Source: Candidatus Nanoarchaeia archaeon (GTDB taxonomy: Archaea; Nanobdellota; Nanobdellia; Woesearchaeales; UBA583). Taken from it: a stretch of 64,000 bases of DNA. This document shows positions 18,461 through 26,750 of this stretch, piece by piece (the first letter of the stretch is position 1; the number at the start of each line of letters is the position of its first letter). The stretch lies in the NCBI GenBank assembly GCA_050292425.1, contig JBNKLP010000002.1, forward strand, positions 561 through 64,560, written 5' to 3'. The notes under the pieces are model-generated. The model worked only from the letters and a program-made list of their open reading frames with translations. It did no database searches and was not told the origin of the DNA. The position numbers and the translations under genes were made by a program.

Positions 18461-19290
18461 GCTGCAAATCTAAACTTTAAACCTCCTTCAAAATTATCAT
18501 CATTTGCTGCCATTTTATTAATTCTAACAGTTTCAATAAGTTCTCTAACTCCAATTTTTCCACTAAGAAAATCAGTTTGAAAATATAAATTTATTTGACC
18601 TTGAGAAATCTCATATAATTTTTTAATAATATTTATATCATCTACTCTTTCACATACAATCCCAATATCTTTTTTAGATTTTACAACAGTTCTTACAATT
18701 CCTCTAAAAGTATCAAATAATTCATCAACTCTTCCTTCTTTATATTCAATTTTTATTTTATTTAAAGGATGGGAAAACTTAATATTATGTACCAACTCAG
18801 CAAAGTTTGGATGTTTGCCTCCAATACTACAATAATCATCCAAATATATTCTTATTTTTGTAGATCTTCTCAATTCCCCAAGTTTTTCAAATAATTTCAT
18901 TACCATTACACTATCGGTTGGAAAATCTCTTTCAGTAACTTCTAAAGCAATATTATACTTAATCATTTCCGAAATAATACTGTCTTTTTTTATAAATTCA
19001 ATAAAATTATCATCAAAAAATAACAAAGCTGGAACATTTACACTGAATTTTAAATCATTTTCTAAAATATATTCTGAATCTTTTAAATTTGAAATCAATT
19101 TAATCAATAATTTTCTAGTAAACTTTAACATTTTATTAGGATTTTTTTCTAAATTCCTAAAATAATTTTCATTATCTTTTCCATCAAATAAAATTTCAGC
19201 ACCAAATATCTCAAAAAAAAAAAAATTTCCTTTAGGAACTATTTTGTACATTGGTTGAAACTTTATTCCTCCTTGTCTTCCAAACAACAT
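18457..19290 (-). CDS. divergent EAL-domain protein (c-di-GMP phosphodiesterase-like)
   Basis: The ordered EAL-family motifs are FQPMYKI (yQPi), FEIFGAEIL (EAL position), FSVNVP (vN), ALEVTERDF (EitE), IYLDDYCSIGG (DDFGtG), NKIKIE (KiD), IVCERVDD (AEGVE) and YFQTD (QG). I prefer the ATG at 19290, which has a TATA-like TTTTTATAAA about 30 nt upstream. Confidence 0.55.
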   Translation of the reverse strand: MLFGRQGGIKFQPMYKIVPKGNFFFFEIFGAEILFDGKDNENYFRNLEKNPNKMLKFTRKLLIKLISNLKDSEYILENDLKFSVNVPALLFFDDNFIEFIKKDSIISEMIKYNIALEVTERDFPTDSVMVMKLFEKLGELRRSTKIRIYLDDYCSIGGKHPNFAELVHNIKFSHPLNKIKIEYKEGRVDELFDTFRGIVRTVVKSKKDIGIVCERVDDINIIKKLYEISQGQINLYFQTDFLSGKIGVRELIETVRINKMAANDDNFEGGLKFRFAA

Positions 19291-19326
19291 AATAATTCTA
19301 AACTTCAAAAGTTTATAAAAATATCT

Positions 19327-20094
19327 CTACTCTACCCAGTCAGTAGATTCTCCTTGAAAACTCACTAAAAGTTCAGGAAACTTCTCTACAGCCAAGAGTG
19401 CCTCTTTTATTTGTCTATAAACATTTTCATAAAAATTAGTATTTTCTGATATATGTGAAAGCACAATTCTTTGAGAATTATTTACAACTTCCTGCAACAC
19501 TTCTAAACTTTGATGAACTCCTAAATGTCCACTACTTGACATTAATCTATTTAAATAATTCCAATTCATATCCTTACAATTTTTATTTACATAATCTTTG
19601 CAATAATTGGCTTCAAAATAAATAATATCCAAATCTTTCAAAATATGTTTAATCTCATTGCTAACTTCACCTAAATCAGTAAATACTCCTAACTTTTTCC
19701 CCTTATTTTCAAATACAAAACTAAGAGCTTCTTTTGCATCATGACTTTTCTCAACTGCAAACACTCTTAAATCTCCTAAAGAAAAATTGTCATGATGTTT
19801 TACTATTTTGATATCAACTCCTTTCAAATCTTTCTTAATCATTTCATATGTTCCTTGTGACATAAAAAATTGACACCTCACATTTTTTGCAAACACTTTA
19901 AGCCCAGCAACATGATCTGCGTGCTCATGAGTAATAAAAACACCTCTAATTTCATTCACATCAACTCCTTTTTCATCCAAAATACTCTTAGTTCTAGAAA
20001 AAGTTAGACCTAAATCAACTAAAATTTTATTGTCTTCAGTTTCTACATAAAAACAATTTCCACTTGACCCCGAAGCTAACGCAAAACTACGCAT
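19327..20094 (-). CDS. metallo-beta-lactamase-fold hydrolase (YycJ/PhnP-like)
   Basis: SGSSGNCFYVE...ILVDLG and ITHEHADHVAGL (HxHxDH) are present. The 255-aa size fits. Confidence 0.75.
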   Translation of the reverse strand: MRSFALASGSSGNCFYVETEDNKILVDLGLTFSRTKSILDEKGVDVNEIRGVFITHEHADHVAGLKVFAKNVRCQFFMSQGTYEMIKKDLKGVDIKIVKHHDNFSLGDLRVFAVEKSHDAKEALSFVFENKGKKLGVFTDLGEVSNEIKHILKDLDIIYFEANYCKDYVNKNCKDMNWNYLNRLMSSSGHLGVHQSLEVLQEVVNNSQRIVLSHISENTNFYENVYRQIKEALLAVEKFPELLVSFQGESTDWVE

Positions 20095-20098
20095 AATT

Positions 20099-20743
20099 TC
20101 ACCTCAATATGATACTCTTCATTAGATCTTGACTAACTTTATCAATATCATTATCTCCATTAATTTGAATCAAATCTCCTTTATATACATCTAATATCAC
20201 ATCTCTAACTTCATCAAAAATCTTAATTCTTTCTTCAAAAACTTTCTTTGTATCATCTTCTCTTTGAACAAGTTTTTCTCCTTCTACATCACAAACTCCT
20301 GTTTTAAGAGGTTTCTTTCCATCAATAATTGTATTATAAAGTCTATGGCATTTAGGACAATAGTACCTTGAAGTGATTCTTTTCAAAAGATGCTTTTCAT
20401 TAACTTTTAGATAAACTAGTTCAATTTCATAATTATGTCTCATCAAAAATCCGTAAAGCCAATAAGCTTGATTTAAAGTTCTTGGAAGACCATCAATAAT
20501 AACCTGCCTTTCTGACTTGAAATTTTTCATAAAAAGATTAAATATATCACCATCATCAAGTAAAATTCCTCTCTTTACTTTCTCATAAATCTCACTCCCT
20601 TTTTTCATCTCTTTCTTAATCATATCAGACATAACATATCTCTTAAAACCGGTATTCCTTTCTAATACCTCTCCTTGTGTTCCTTTTCCTGAACCTGGTG
20701 CTCCAACCATAATAACCCCAAGCTTTACCTTATCCTGTACCAT
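20099..20743 (-). CDS. adk: adenylate kinase (bacterial-type, zinc-lid)
   Basis: The P-loop is GAPGSGKGTQG. The LID region CPKCHRLYN...CDVEG carries Cys ligands. The 214-aa size fits. Confidence 0.85.
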   Translation of the reverse strand: MVQDKVKLGVIMVGAPGSGKGTQGEVLERNTGFKRYVMSDMIKKEMKKGSEIYEKVKRGILLDDGDIFNLFMKNFKSERQVIIDGLPRTLNQAYWLYGFLMRHNYEIELVYLKVNEKHLLKRITSRYYCPKCHRLYNTIIDGKKPLKTGVCDVEGEKLVQREDDTKKVFEERIKIFDEVRDVILDVYKGDLIQINGDNDIDKVSQDLMKSIILR

Positions 20744-20747
20744 TTTA

Positions 20748-20840
20748 TTACTTCAGACTCAAATATAAAAACAACACACATGCAAACCAAATCAAAAAAG
20801 AAATAGTTGCAATAATTGTATAACTGTTTTTTTTAGTCAT
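20748..20840 (-). CDS. possible 30-aa hydrophobic peptide
   Basis: My own translation gives MTKKNSYTIIATISFLIWFACVLFLYLSLK-stop. It has a single TM-like helix and lies between the pilin-like operon and adk. It is too short to support strongly. Confidence 0.2.
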   Translation of the reverse strand: MTKKNSYTIIATISFLIWFACVLFLYLSLK

Positions 20841-20901
20841 CTTTTACAAATAATTTCAAATAACTTTCTTTAAAAACATTTGTTACTCACAAATTCCTAA
20901 C

Positions 20902-22413
20902 TTATGCAAAAATACCACTTTTTTCAAATGATTTAGGTTCAGTTCCACATAATCTGTAATATTGTTCTTTTGTTAAAATATCAACATACTGTACTGTATT
21001 AGAACTATAATCAACGGTATCTGCAACAAGATAGGTGCCTAGAACTGCTGCTGATGTTTTTTCAAAAATTCTTATCTTTTTCCAGTCAGTATCAGTTAAT
21101 TGTTTTCCAGAATCTAAAATTGCAGAAATCTCTTCTCCTTCTTTTTTTAACGTTTGAAGAGCTTTCAAATCATTACCAGTTTTTACTTTAGTCAAATCAC
21201 TAATAATAACAAACGTATCATCAAGTAGTTTTTTTGATTCTTCTGTATTTTTTATTAAACTATCCAAATCATCAATTTTTGTCACACCTCTTGTCTCTAA
21301 TTTTTGGGCATAGATTAAAACTTTTTTAGATAAATCATTATTAGTTTTACTTAATGCTTCTCCCGTTTTTCTTAGACTTTCAACAGTTCCATCAAAAATT
21401 CTTGCTGCTTTCTTTGCTTTTCCTGTAAACTCCACACCTTTACTAATTGATTTCCCTATCTTTATTACTGCTTCTATTTTCTTAGATTTTGAACTAACTG
21501 AAACTGCTCTAAAAACAGCTTTTATTGTAGTTCCGATTATACCTGCTACACTTCCAATTCCCCCAGTTAAAAGACCAACAGTTGCAACAGTAACCGTTTC
21601 AACTGCCCACTCAGCTCCAACTGTTACCATAAGAGAACCCACAGAAACACCAAGAGTTTCCCAATACGATGGAGGAAGACCATCATATCTATAAACAACA
21701 TAAAGATCCTCATCAGTATTGATTTCCTTTGAAAGCAAATCAAAATAACTCTCTCTTTCTTTATCAAGCATAAGCAAAAATGGTTTCATTGTAGAATCAG
21801 AATCTTTAACTGCTTCATCAATTTCATTCATTGCCTCTGCTAAATCTTTATAAATTTGTTCTCCATCTTCTTGAACAGCAAATTTCATACTCAAATATTC
21901 ATCATAAGTATATGTTTCACCTTTTGAATCAATTCCTTTCTTTTGAGAAAGCCACTCAATAAAACTATTTTCTCCTCTTGAATAATCATAAACATTACTA
22001 TCTTTTTTAAATTCAATCTTGCCACAAGTAAAACAAAAATTTCCTTCAGAACCAAAAGCACTCATAAAATCATATCCTCCTTCACCATATCTATACCAAC
22101 ATCTAAGTGCCTCTGTTGCAATTTCTTCAAAAACTTCTTCTTTTCCCTCAGCTTTACTTTTGACATAATCAGTCTTACATTTCATATTAAGTCCTTTTAC
22201 TAATGAATCAGCTTCTGTTAATTTTGCAACTTCTTCTGTAATCTGAACAAAACCTTCACTTTTTACAGATATAAAACTTCTACACGTTAAATCATCACCT
22301 TCACTAACAACAATTGAGGAAGCTGTTCCAAGAAACTTTGCAACTAAAAGAAAAGTTAAAAATGTCATAATAAAAGAAATTATAAACCATGTTGTATTAG
22401 CTTTCTTATTCAT
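20902..22413 (-). CDS. membrane/surface protein of unknown function (N-terminal TM, internal Gly-rich hydrophobic segment)
   Basis: 503 aa. The N-terminal anchor is WFIISFIMTFLTFLLVAKFLG. The central segment is GVSVGSLMVTVGAEWAVETVTVATVGLLTGGIGSVAGIIGTTI. Its start overlaps the upstream gene's stop by 4 nt (22410-22413). Confidence 0.6.
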   Translation of the reverse strand: MNKKANTTWFIISFIMTFLTFLLVAKFLGTASSIVVSEGDDLTCRSFISVKSEGFVQITEEVAKLTEADSLVKGLNMKCKTDYVKSKAEGKEEVFEEIATEALRCWYRYGEGGYDFMSAFGSEGNFCFTCGKIEFKKDSNVYDYSRGENSFIEWLSQKKGIDSKGETYTYDEYLSMKFAVQEDGEQIYKDLAEAMNEIDEAVKDSDSTMKPFLLMLDKERESYFDLLSKEINTDEDLYVVYRYDGLPPSYWETLGVSVGSLMVTVGAEWAVETVTVATVGLLTGGIGSVAGIIGTTIKAVFRAVSVSSKSKKIEAVIKIGKSISKGVEFTGKAKKAARIFDGTVESLRKTGEALSKTNNDLSKKVLIYAQKLETRGVTKIDDLDSLIKNTEESKKLLDDTFVIISDLTKVKTGNDLKALQTLKKEGEEISAILDSGKQLTDTDWKKIRIFEKTSAAVLGTYLVADTVDYSSNTVQYVDILTKEQYYRLCGTEPKSFEKSGIFA

Positions 22414-24002
22414 TTTGCAACCTCCAAATAAGGTATTCTACTAAATTGAACTCCAGAAATTATAATATCAAAATTTCTAAATCCATCATTATATTGGTAA
22501 TTTTCATCATAAATACCCAATCCTTTTAATAGATAAACATTTTTATCATCACTATCAAAATAACCATTCCATTTAAATTTATCTGCACTTACAATTTCCA
22601 AATTTCCTATTTTTTCTGAAAATTCCTCTCCATTAAAATAAATTTTAACATCTTGAGAATTTTCTTTTGTTAAAAAATTATCTCTAAAAGAATAAAATTC
22701 TAATGGTCCTGAAGTTACTAATGTATTACTTCGACTATTTGGATTTGATTTTGCCCCATTCACATAAAAATAAACTTCTGCATTTTCATATTTTATGTTA
22801 TTACAATCTTTTTTAGAACAACCATTTATGTTTTTATTAAATATCCAACCTGAAATATCATAAACATTATTATCTTTCTTTTCAGTATCTGTCAGTTTTG
22901 AAAAATCTACTGAACTTTTAATAAAAATATCTCCAAAATAAATTTTTTGTTTTTTGTTTTTTATATCGTCTATACTATTTTTTTCCCATTTAATTCTCAT
23001 CTCAGCATTATCAAAATTTGTATTCATAATCCCTAAAAAATAAGTTTCAACATATTCATAAAAATATTCATAGCTCAATTTATTTACAGAATTATGAGTC
23101 ATTCCTTCAAATAAATTATCACAAGCAACTTGAACATCCTTATCTAAACATTTAGGTCCAAAATCCCAAATAAAACTAATATCATATTTTTCCCCCTCAT
23201 TATTATAGTATTCTAAATAAATTTTATTATTCGTGTAACTAATTTCATTGGGATTCTCTGAATAATAATTATTCCAAAGATTCTTTATGAGTTTTTGATA
23301 AGAGCACATTGCATTTTTAACTAATATATCTGAGATTTCTCCTCCTGATAAAAATAATTGATTTGTTTCAGGTTTGTAGACTAAATAATTTCCATTTTCA
23401 TTCTCATCTACTTTTTCTAACTTATTAAATTTGACATAAAAAATGTCATAAATTTTTTTATTTTTTGCAACTCCATTTTTTGGTAATAAAACCAAACTAA
23501 AAGCTCCTGCAGTTAAATCAAGAGATTGGTCAAATCCTCCTGAACCATAAATGTTGAAAAAACTTCCTTGTTCTGTTTCATCTATTCTATAATCAACATT
23601 TTCAAATTTATAATTTGGATTTCCATTAAGAAATAAACTTGGATTTTCCTGAAATTCTTCAAAAAATTCCATAGAAAATATTTTAATACCAAATACATTT
23701 ATAACATAAAAAAAATTTTTCGACCCACCATCTTCTAAATATTGAAAGTTTTCTAAGTTAGAAATTTTCAATAATGTGAAACAATTTGTAAAATCTCCAT
23801 AATTTTCTTCAGAAAACTCAATAAAGTTAAGAATTTCTTTTGCATTTCTCTCAGCAATATCCTTATTAGAATCACTAGGTAAAAATTGAACAAATACTTG
23901 TAATATTACAAAAAGTGCCATAACAGAAATAATAATACTAATTAAACTCTCTAAAGCTAAAAATCCTTTTTTTTGACTATTAACCCTAGAATTCTTTCCC
24001 AT
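22410..24002 (-). CDS. large type-IV-pilin-like protein (class III signal peptide)
   Basis: The N-terminus is MGKNSRVNSQKKG/FLALESLISIIISVMALFVILQVF. It has a basic region, Gly, then a hydrophobic helix with Glu at +5, which is the prepilin-peptidase substrate pattern. The rest (about 490 aa) is Asn/Tyr-rich and unmatched. Confidence 0.6.
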   Translation of the reverse strand: MGKNSRVNSQKKGFLALESLISIIISVMALFVILQVFVQFLPSDSNKDIAERNAKEILNFIEFSEENYGDFTNCFTLLKISNLENFQYLEDGGSKNFFYVINVFGIKIFSMEFFEEFQENPSLFLNGNPNYKFENVDYRIDETEQGSFFNIYGSGGFDQSLDLTAGAFSLVLLPKNGVAKNKKIYDIFYVKFNKLEKVDENENGNYLVYKPETNQLFLSGGEISDILVKNAMCSYQKLIKNLWNNYYSENPNEISYTNNKIYLEYYNNEGEKYDISFIWDFGPKCLDKDVQVACDNLFEGMTHNSVNKLSYEYFYEYVETYFLGIMNTNFDNAEMRIKWEKNSIDDIKNKKQKIYFGDIFIKSSVDFSKLTDTEKKDNNVYDISGWIFNKNINGCSKKDCNNIKYENAEVYFYVNGAKSNPNSRSNTLVTSGPLEFYSFRDNFLTKENSQDVKIYFNGEEFSEKIGNLEIVSADKFKWNGYFDSDDKNVYLLKGLGIYDENYQYNDGFRNFDIIISGVQFSRIPYLEVAK

Positions 24003-24145
24003 AATATGATTTCAAAACCTTTCTACTATTAAAACTTCATTATTCTAACAAAATAGTAAAAAGAAAATATTTTAAAAAAATCAAAAGAAAAAACCCACAC
24101 CCCTTTATTTCCACTGCAAACTAAAAAATATTAAAAATGTTTAAA

Positions 24146-24673
24146 TTAAAGTTTTTTTAAGTAATCCTTAACAATGGAATAAGTTTCCTGTCTCTTAGCC
24201 CCTGTTTTAGCATCATTAAGAATTAAAACACTATTTGCATTAATAGCCTTAACAAAATATTCCTCTCCTTTAATAAGCAATTTGTCTCCTTTTTGAATAT
24301 TAATTAAACTCAAACTCATAAAATACCTATATTTATCTTTAGAAACAAGTTGATCTCTTCCTATTAATTTTTTTGATCTCTTTTCATCACACATATATTT
24401 TTTTGAAAATATTGAAGAAATTTTATTCATAATTCCATGTGTCCTAAAATAAATATCAAATCCATTGTCTACTTCCTCAAGTTTATTAATACAATTTAAA
24501 TTTCCTAAATGTTTTTCAATTAAATTAAATATTTCTTCTTTAATTTCATCCTCATTCTTAAAATATTTAGTTCTTAATTGTATTAATAACTCATAATATT
24601 CACTAGAACTCTTTTTACAGTTACTACACATCATTTGTTCCATATCTACTTCTATTTTAAATTTATCAAACAT
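24146..24673 (-). CDS. NMD3-like protein (short archaeal form)
   Basis: CSNC...ELLIQLR, then VDNGFDIYFRTHGIMNKISSIF...RSKKLIGRDQLVSKDKYRYFMSLSL, parallels the NMD3 core (GiDfyf...S.kLig.D..s....y.tfsv). Confidence 0.5.
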   Translation of the reverse strand: MFDKFKIEVDMEQMMCSNCKKSSSEYYELLIQLRTKYFKNEDEIKEEIFNLIEKHLGNLNCINKLEEVDNGFDIYFRTHGIMNKISSIFSKKYMCDEKRSKKLIGRDQLVSKDKYRYFMSLSLINIQKGDKLLIKGEEYFVKAINANSVLILNDAKTGAKRQETYSIVKDYLKKL

Positions 24674-24916
24674 TTTTATTTATAAATGACACTACTTATA
24701 GTAATAAATAATAATCTAATTAATATTAATTCAACTATATTTATTAATCTTATCAAAAAAACTCTAATTTAATAAAGATTAGATTACTATTAAGAATTTC
24801 CAATAGAAATTTAAACAATATTATTATTTATTAATTTTCATAAATTCAAAATAAATATTTATCCAAAATTTCAAGGAAATTACTAACTTTAATTAAATTT
24901 AATTAATCTTTGATTT

Positions 24917-25123
24917 GTCTAAAATTATTATTGTATAATCTAAATTATGTCTAATGTTTGTCTAATTATTAGGTATATTTTCTTTTTTAAGTTCTAATTC
25001 TTCTAGAAAATTATTTATTTTTGTCTATTTATGGTCTAAATTATATTTAGAAATTGTAAAAATATTATTTATTTTTGTCTAAAAAACGTCTATTTTTACT
25101 CCATTTAGACAAAAAATGTCTAA
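24917..25123. repeat. iteron-like cluster: 9 copies of GTCTA(A/T)
   Basis: GTCTAA occurs at 24917, 24949, 24960, 25034, 25077 and 25118. GTCTAT occurs at 25023 and 25088. An inverted TTAGAC lies at 25105. An exact 18-nt direct repeat ATTATTTATTTTTGTCTA lies at 25010-25027 and 25064-25081. Looser TCTAA(T/A) copies extend back to about 24712. Confidence 0.7.
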
Positions 25124-25226
25124 TCATCTTCAATTAAAAAATAAAAACTGAATCTTTCTTCTTTTCAGTTTCCACACGAAATAAAGGTCTCATACTTAAT
25201 TATAAATTATTTTTTAGAATTAAAAA

Positions 25227-25308
25227 TGCCAAGACAGGGATTTGAACCCTGAATTCCAAAGGAACCTGATTTCGAGTCAGGCGCAATACCGGATTATACG
25301 ATCTTGGC
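25227..25308 (-). tRNA. tRNA-Ser (anticodon CGA)
   Basis: Hand fold of the minus strand. The acceptor stem is GCCAAGA/TCTTGGC (7 bp). The D-loop contains GG. The anticodon stem is CCTGA/TCAGG with loop CTCGAAA (anticodon CGA). The long variable arm is TTCC-TTT-GGAA (class II). The T-arm is CAGGG-TTCAAAT-CCCTG. CCA is not encoded. Confidence 0.9.
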
Positions 25309-25363
25309 TTCAATAAGAATATTATATATTAATTTATTTTAACTTATAAAACTTAAGAAAATA

Positions 25364-25450
25364 TGATGCCCATATACACTAACCCAGACAATCATAGCAA
25401 GACTACCACTGTCAGAATCTCATGAAAGGATCCTCTGTGATGGGCTGAGC
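25364..25450. ncRNA. candidate small structured RNA (unclassified)
   Basis: GC-enriched patch in the spacer upstream of the tRNA. GCCCAT (about 25369-25374) pairs with ATGGGC (about 25440-25445). It is flanked by ATGATG and CTGA, which are only loosely C/D-box-like. No ORF is present. Confidence 0.2.
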
Positions 25451-25520
25451 CTTCAACAATTGATAATATAAAATTGAAAAAGGTATAATAATATAATAAT
25501 TATTAATATATAAACCTATG

Positions 25521-25901
25521 TCAACCCCAAACTCCTACCCACACACCCAAATAATGTACAACTACATATAAAAAGAAAATGTATCCTAAAATAGCAAAAA
25601 TCAACACTATTAATATAGTATTAATAATTTCATTCTTTCTTCTTTTAGCTTGATTTAATGTACAAACACCTTTCTTCTTAAAATATAAAATCAAAAACAC
25701 TCCAAGTAAGATTAATCCAATACTCCTAAAAACCCATTTGTAAGTTCCATAAAGAGTATCTGATAAACTAACAGCAAAACTTAAACTTGCAAGTCCAAAT
25801 ACAAACAAAACTAAAGGAGACAAGCAGCAAAGTGATGCAAAAGCTATAGGTATGCTAACAAGTTTTAAATATTCTCTAATTTTTCCCCCAAAATTATCCA
25901 T
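25521..25901 (-). CDS. small integral membrane protein with a CC motif in TM1
   Basis: 126 aa with 4 hydrophobic helices. FASLCCLSPLVLF is reminiscent of MerT-type vicinal-Cys helices. Function is not established. Confidence 0.45.
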   Translation of the reverse strand: MDNFGGKIREYLKLVSIPIAFASLCCLSPLVLFVFGLASLSFAVSLSDTLYGTYKWVFRSIGLILLGVFLILYFKKKGVCTLNQAKRRKNEIINTILIVLIFAILGYIFFLYVVVHYLGVWVGVWG

Positions 25902-25982
25902 ATGTAATACTAAAAATTTTTCTTTATTAATCTAATCTTTAATTAAACTACTTTTATAAATTGATATAACTTAATAAATTCT

Positions 25983-26711
25983 ATGTATACTTTAGTAGAA
26001 CCTCACACTAATTATCAAGAAACTCTAAAAGAATTAGAAAAATATTCCTACACACCAATCATTCTATTCAAAATTTCTTTATCAAACAAAAACCAAACAA
26101 AAGAAAATATTCAAAAAGCATTAGATTTGAAAAAAAAAATCAAACCAAAATACTCAGCAGTTCAAATTACCTTAAACAAAATCGAAAATTCAACAATTGG
26201 AACTATTAATTCTTTAAAATCAAATTTTGATATTGTAATTGGATTAGGAGGACTTAATAAAATAAACAGATATTTTCTAGAACAAACTCAAGTTGACTTT
26301 CTACAAGATCCTCAAAATTCCATATTTCAAAGAAAAATTGATTACATACATCATTTGAACTCAGGTCTTAATCATGTACTATGCAACTTTGCAAAAGAAA
26401 AAGAAATAGAATTTATTTTTTCTTTAAATTTTACTGAATTAGACAAAAAGATAGTTGCAAAAGAACTAGGAAGAATCAACCAAAACCTCAAATTTGCAAA
26501 TAAATTAAGTATTCCTTCGAACATTAATTTCATAATTTCCTCAACAAATCAAGTAAAATCTCTACAAGAAATAAAAGGAATATTATCTTTATTTGATTTA
26601 TCAACTCAGCAACAAAAACAATCAATAAATATACTAGAACAAAAAATAACTAAAAACAAAAAAGAAAAATCTCCAAATTATGTATCTGAAGATATTGAGA
26701 TTATTGAATAA
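25983..26711 (+). CDS. rnp3: RNase P protein component 3 (Rpp30-like, PHP/TIM-barrel)
   Basis: VDFLQDP...IDYIHHLNSGLNHVLCNFAKEKEIEFIFSLNF and later NINFIISSTNQVKSLQEIKGILSLFDLS parallel the Rpp30 pattern (vDil.hP...d.v.a..A.e..v..Ei ... SSgA.....r.P.dl..l). The size fits. Confidence 0.5.
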   Translation: MYTLVEPHTNYQETLKELEKYSYTPIILFKISLSNKNQTKENIQKALDLKKKIKPKYSAVQITLNKIENSTIGTINSLKSNFDIVIGLGGLNKINRYFLEQTQVDFLQDPQNSIFQRKIDYIHHLNSGLNHVLCNFAKEKEIEFIFSLNFTELDKKIVAKELGRINQNLKFANKLSIPSNINFIISSTNQVKSLQEIKGILSLFDLSTQQQKQSINILEQKITKNKKEKSPNYVSEDIEIIE

Positions 26712-26750
26712 CTCGCAAACCTTTTTAAAATTCAGCATATTTATACTACT

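Noticed and set aside
24917-25123. Possible CRISPR arrays at the two repeat regions (24.9-25.1 kb and 33.65-33.9 kb).
   Set aside because: The repeat units are 6-18 nt, AT-rich, irregularly spaced and partly overlapping. There are no 24-40 nt repeats with uniform unique spacers, and no cas genes in the window.
25364-25450. Canonical C/D-box sRNA interpretation of the patch upstream of tRNA-Ser.
   Set aside because: Neither strand gives the C - guide - D' - C' - guide - D order with about 12-nt guides. The complementary GCCCAT/ATGGGC stem lies inside rather than outside the putative C and D boxes. It is kept only as a low-confidence unclassified RNA.
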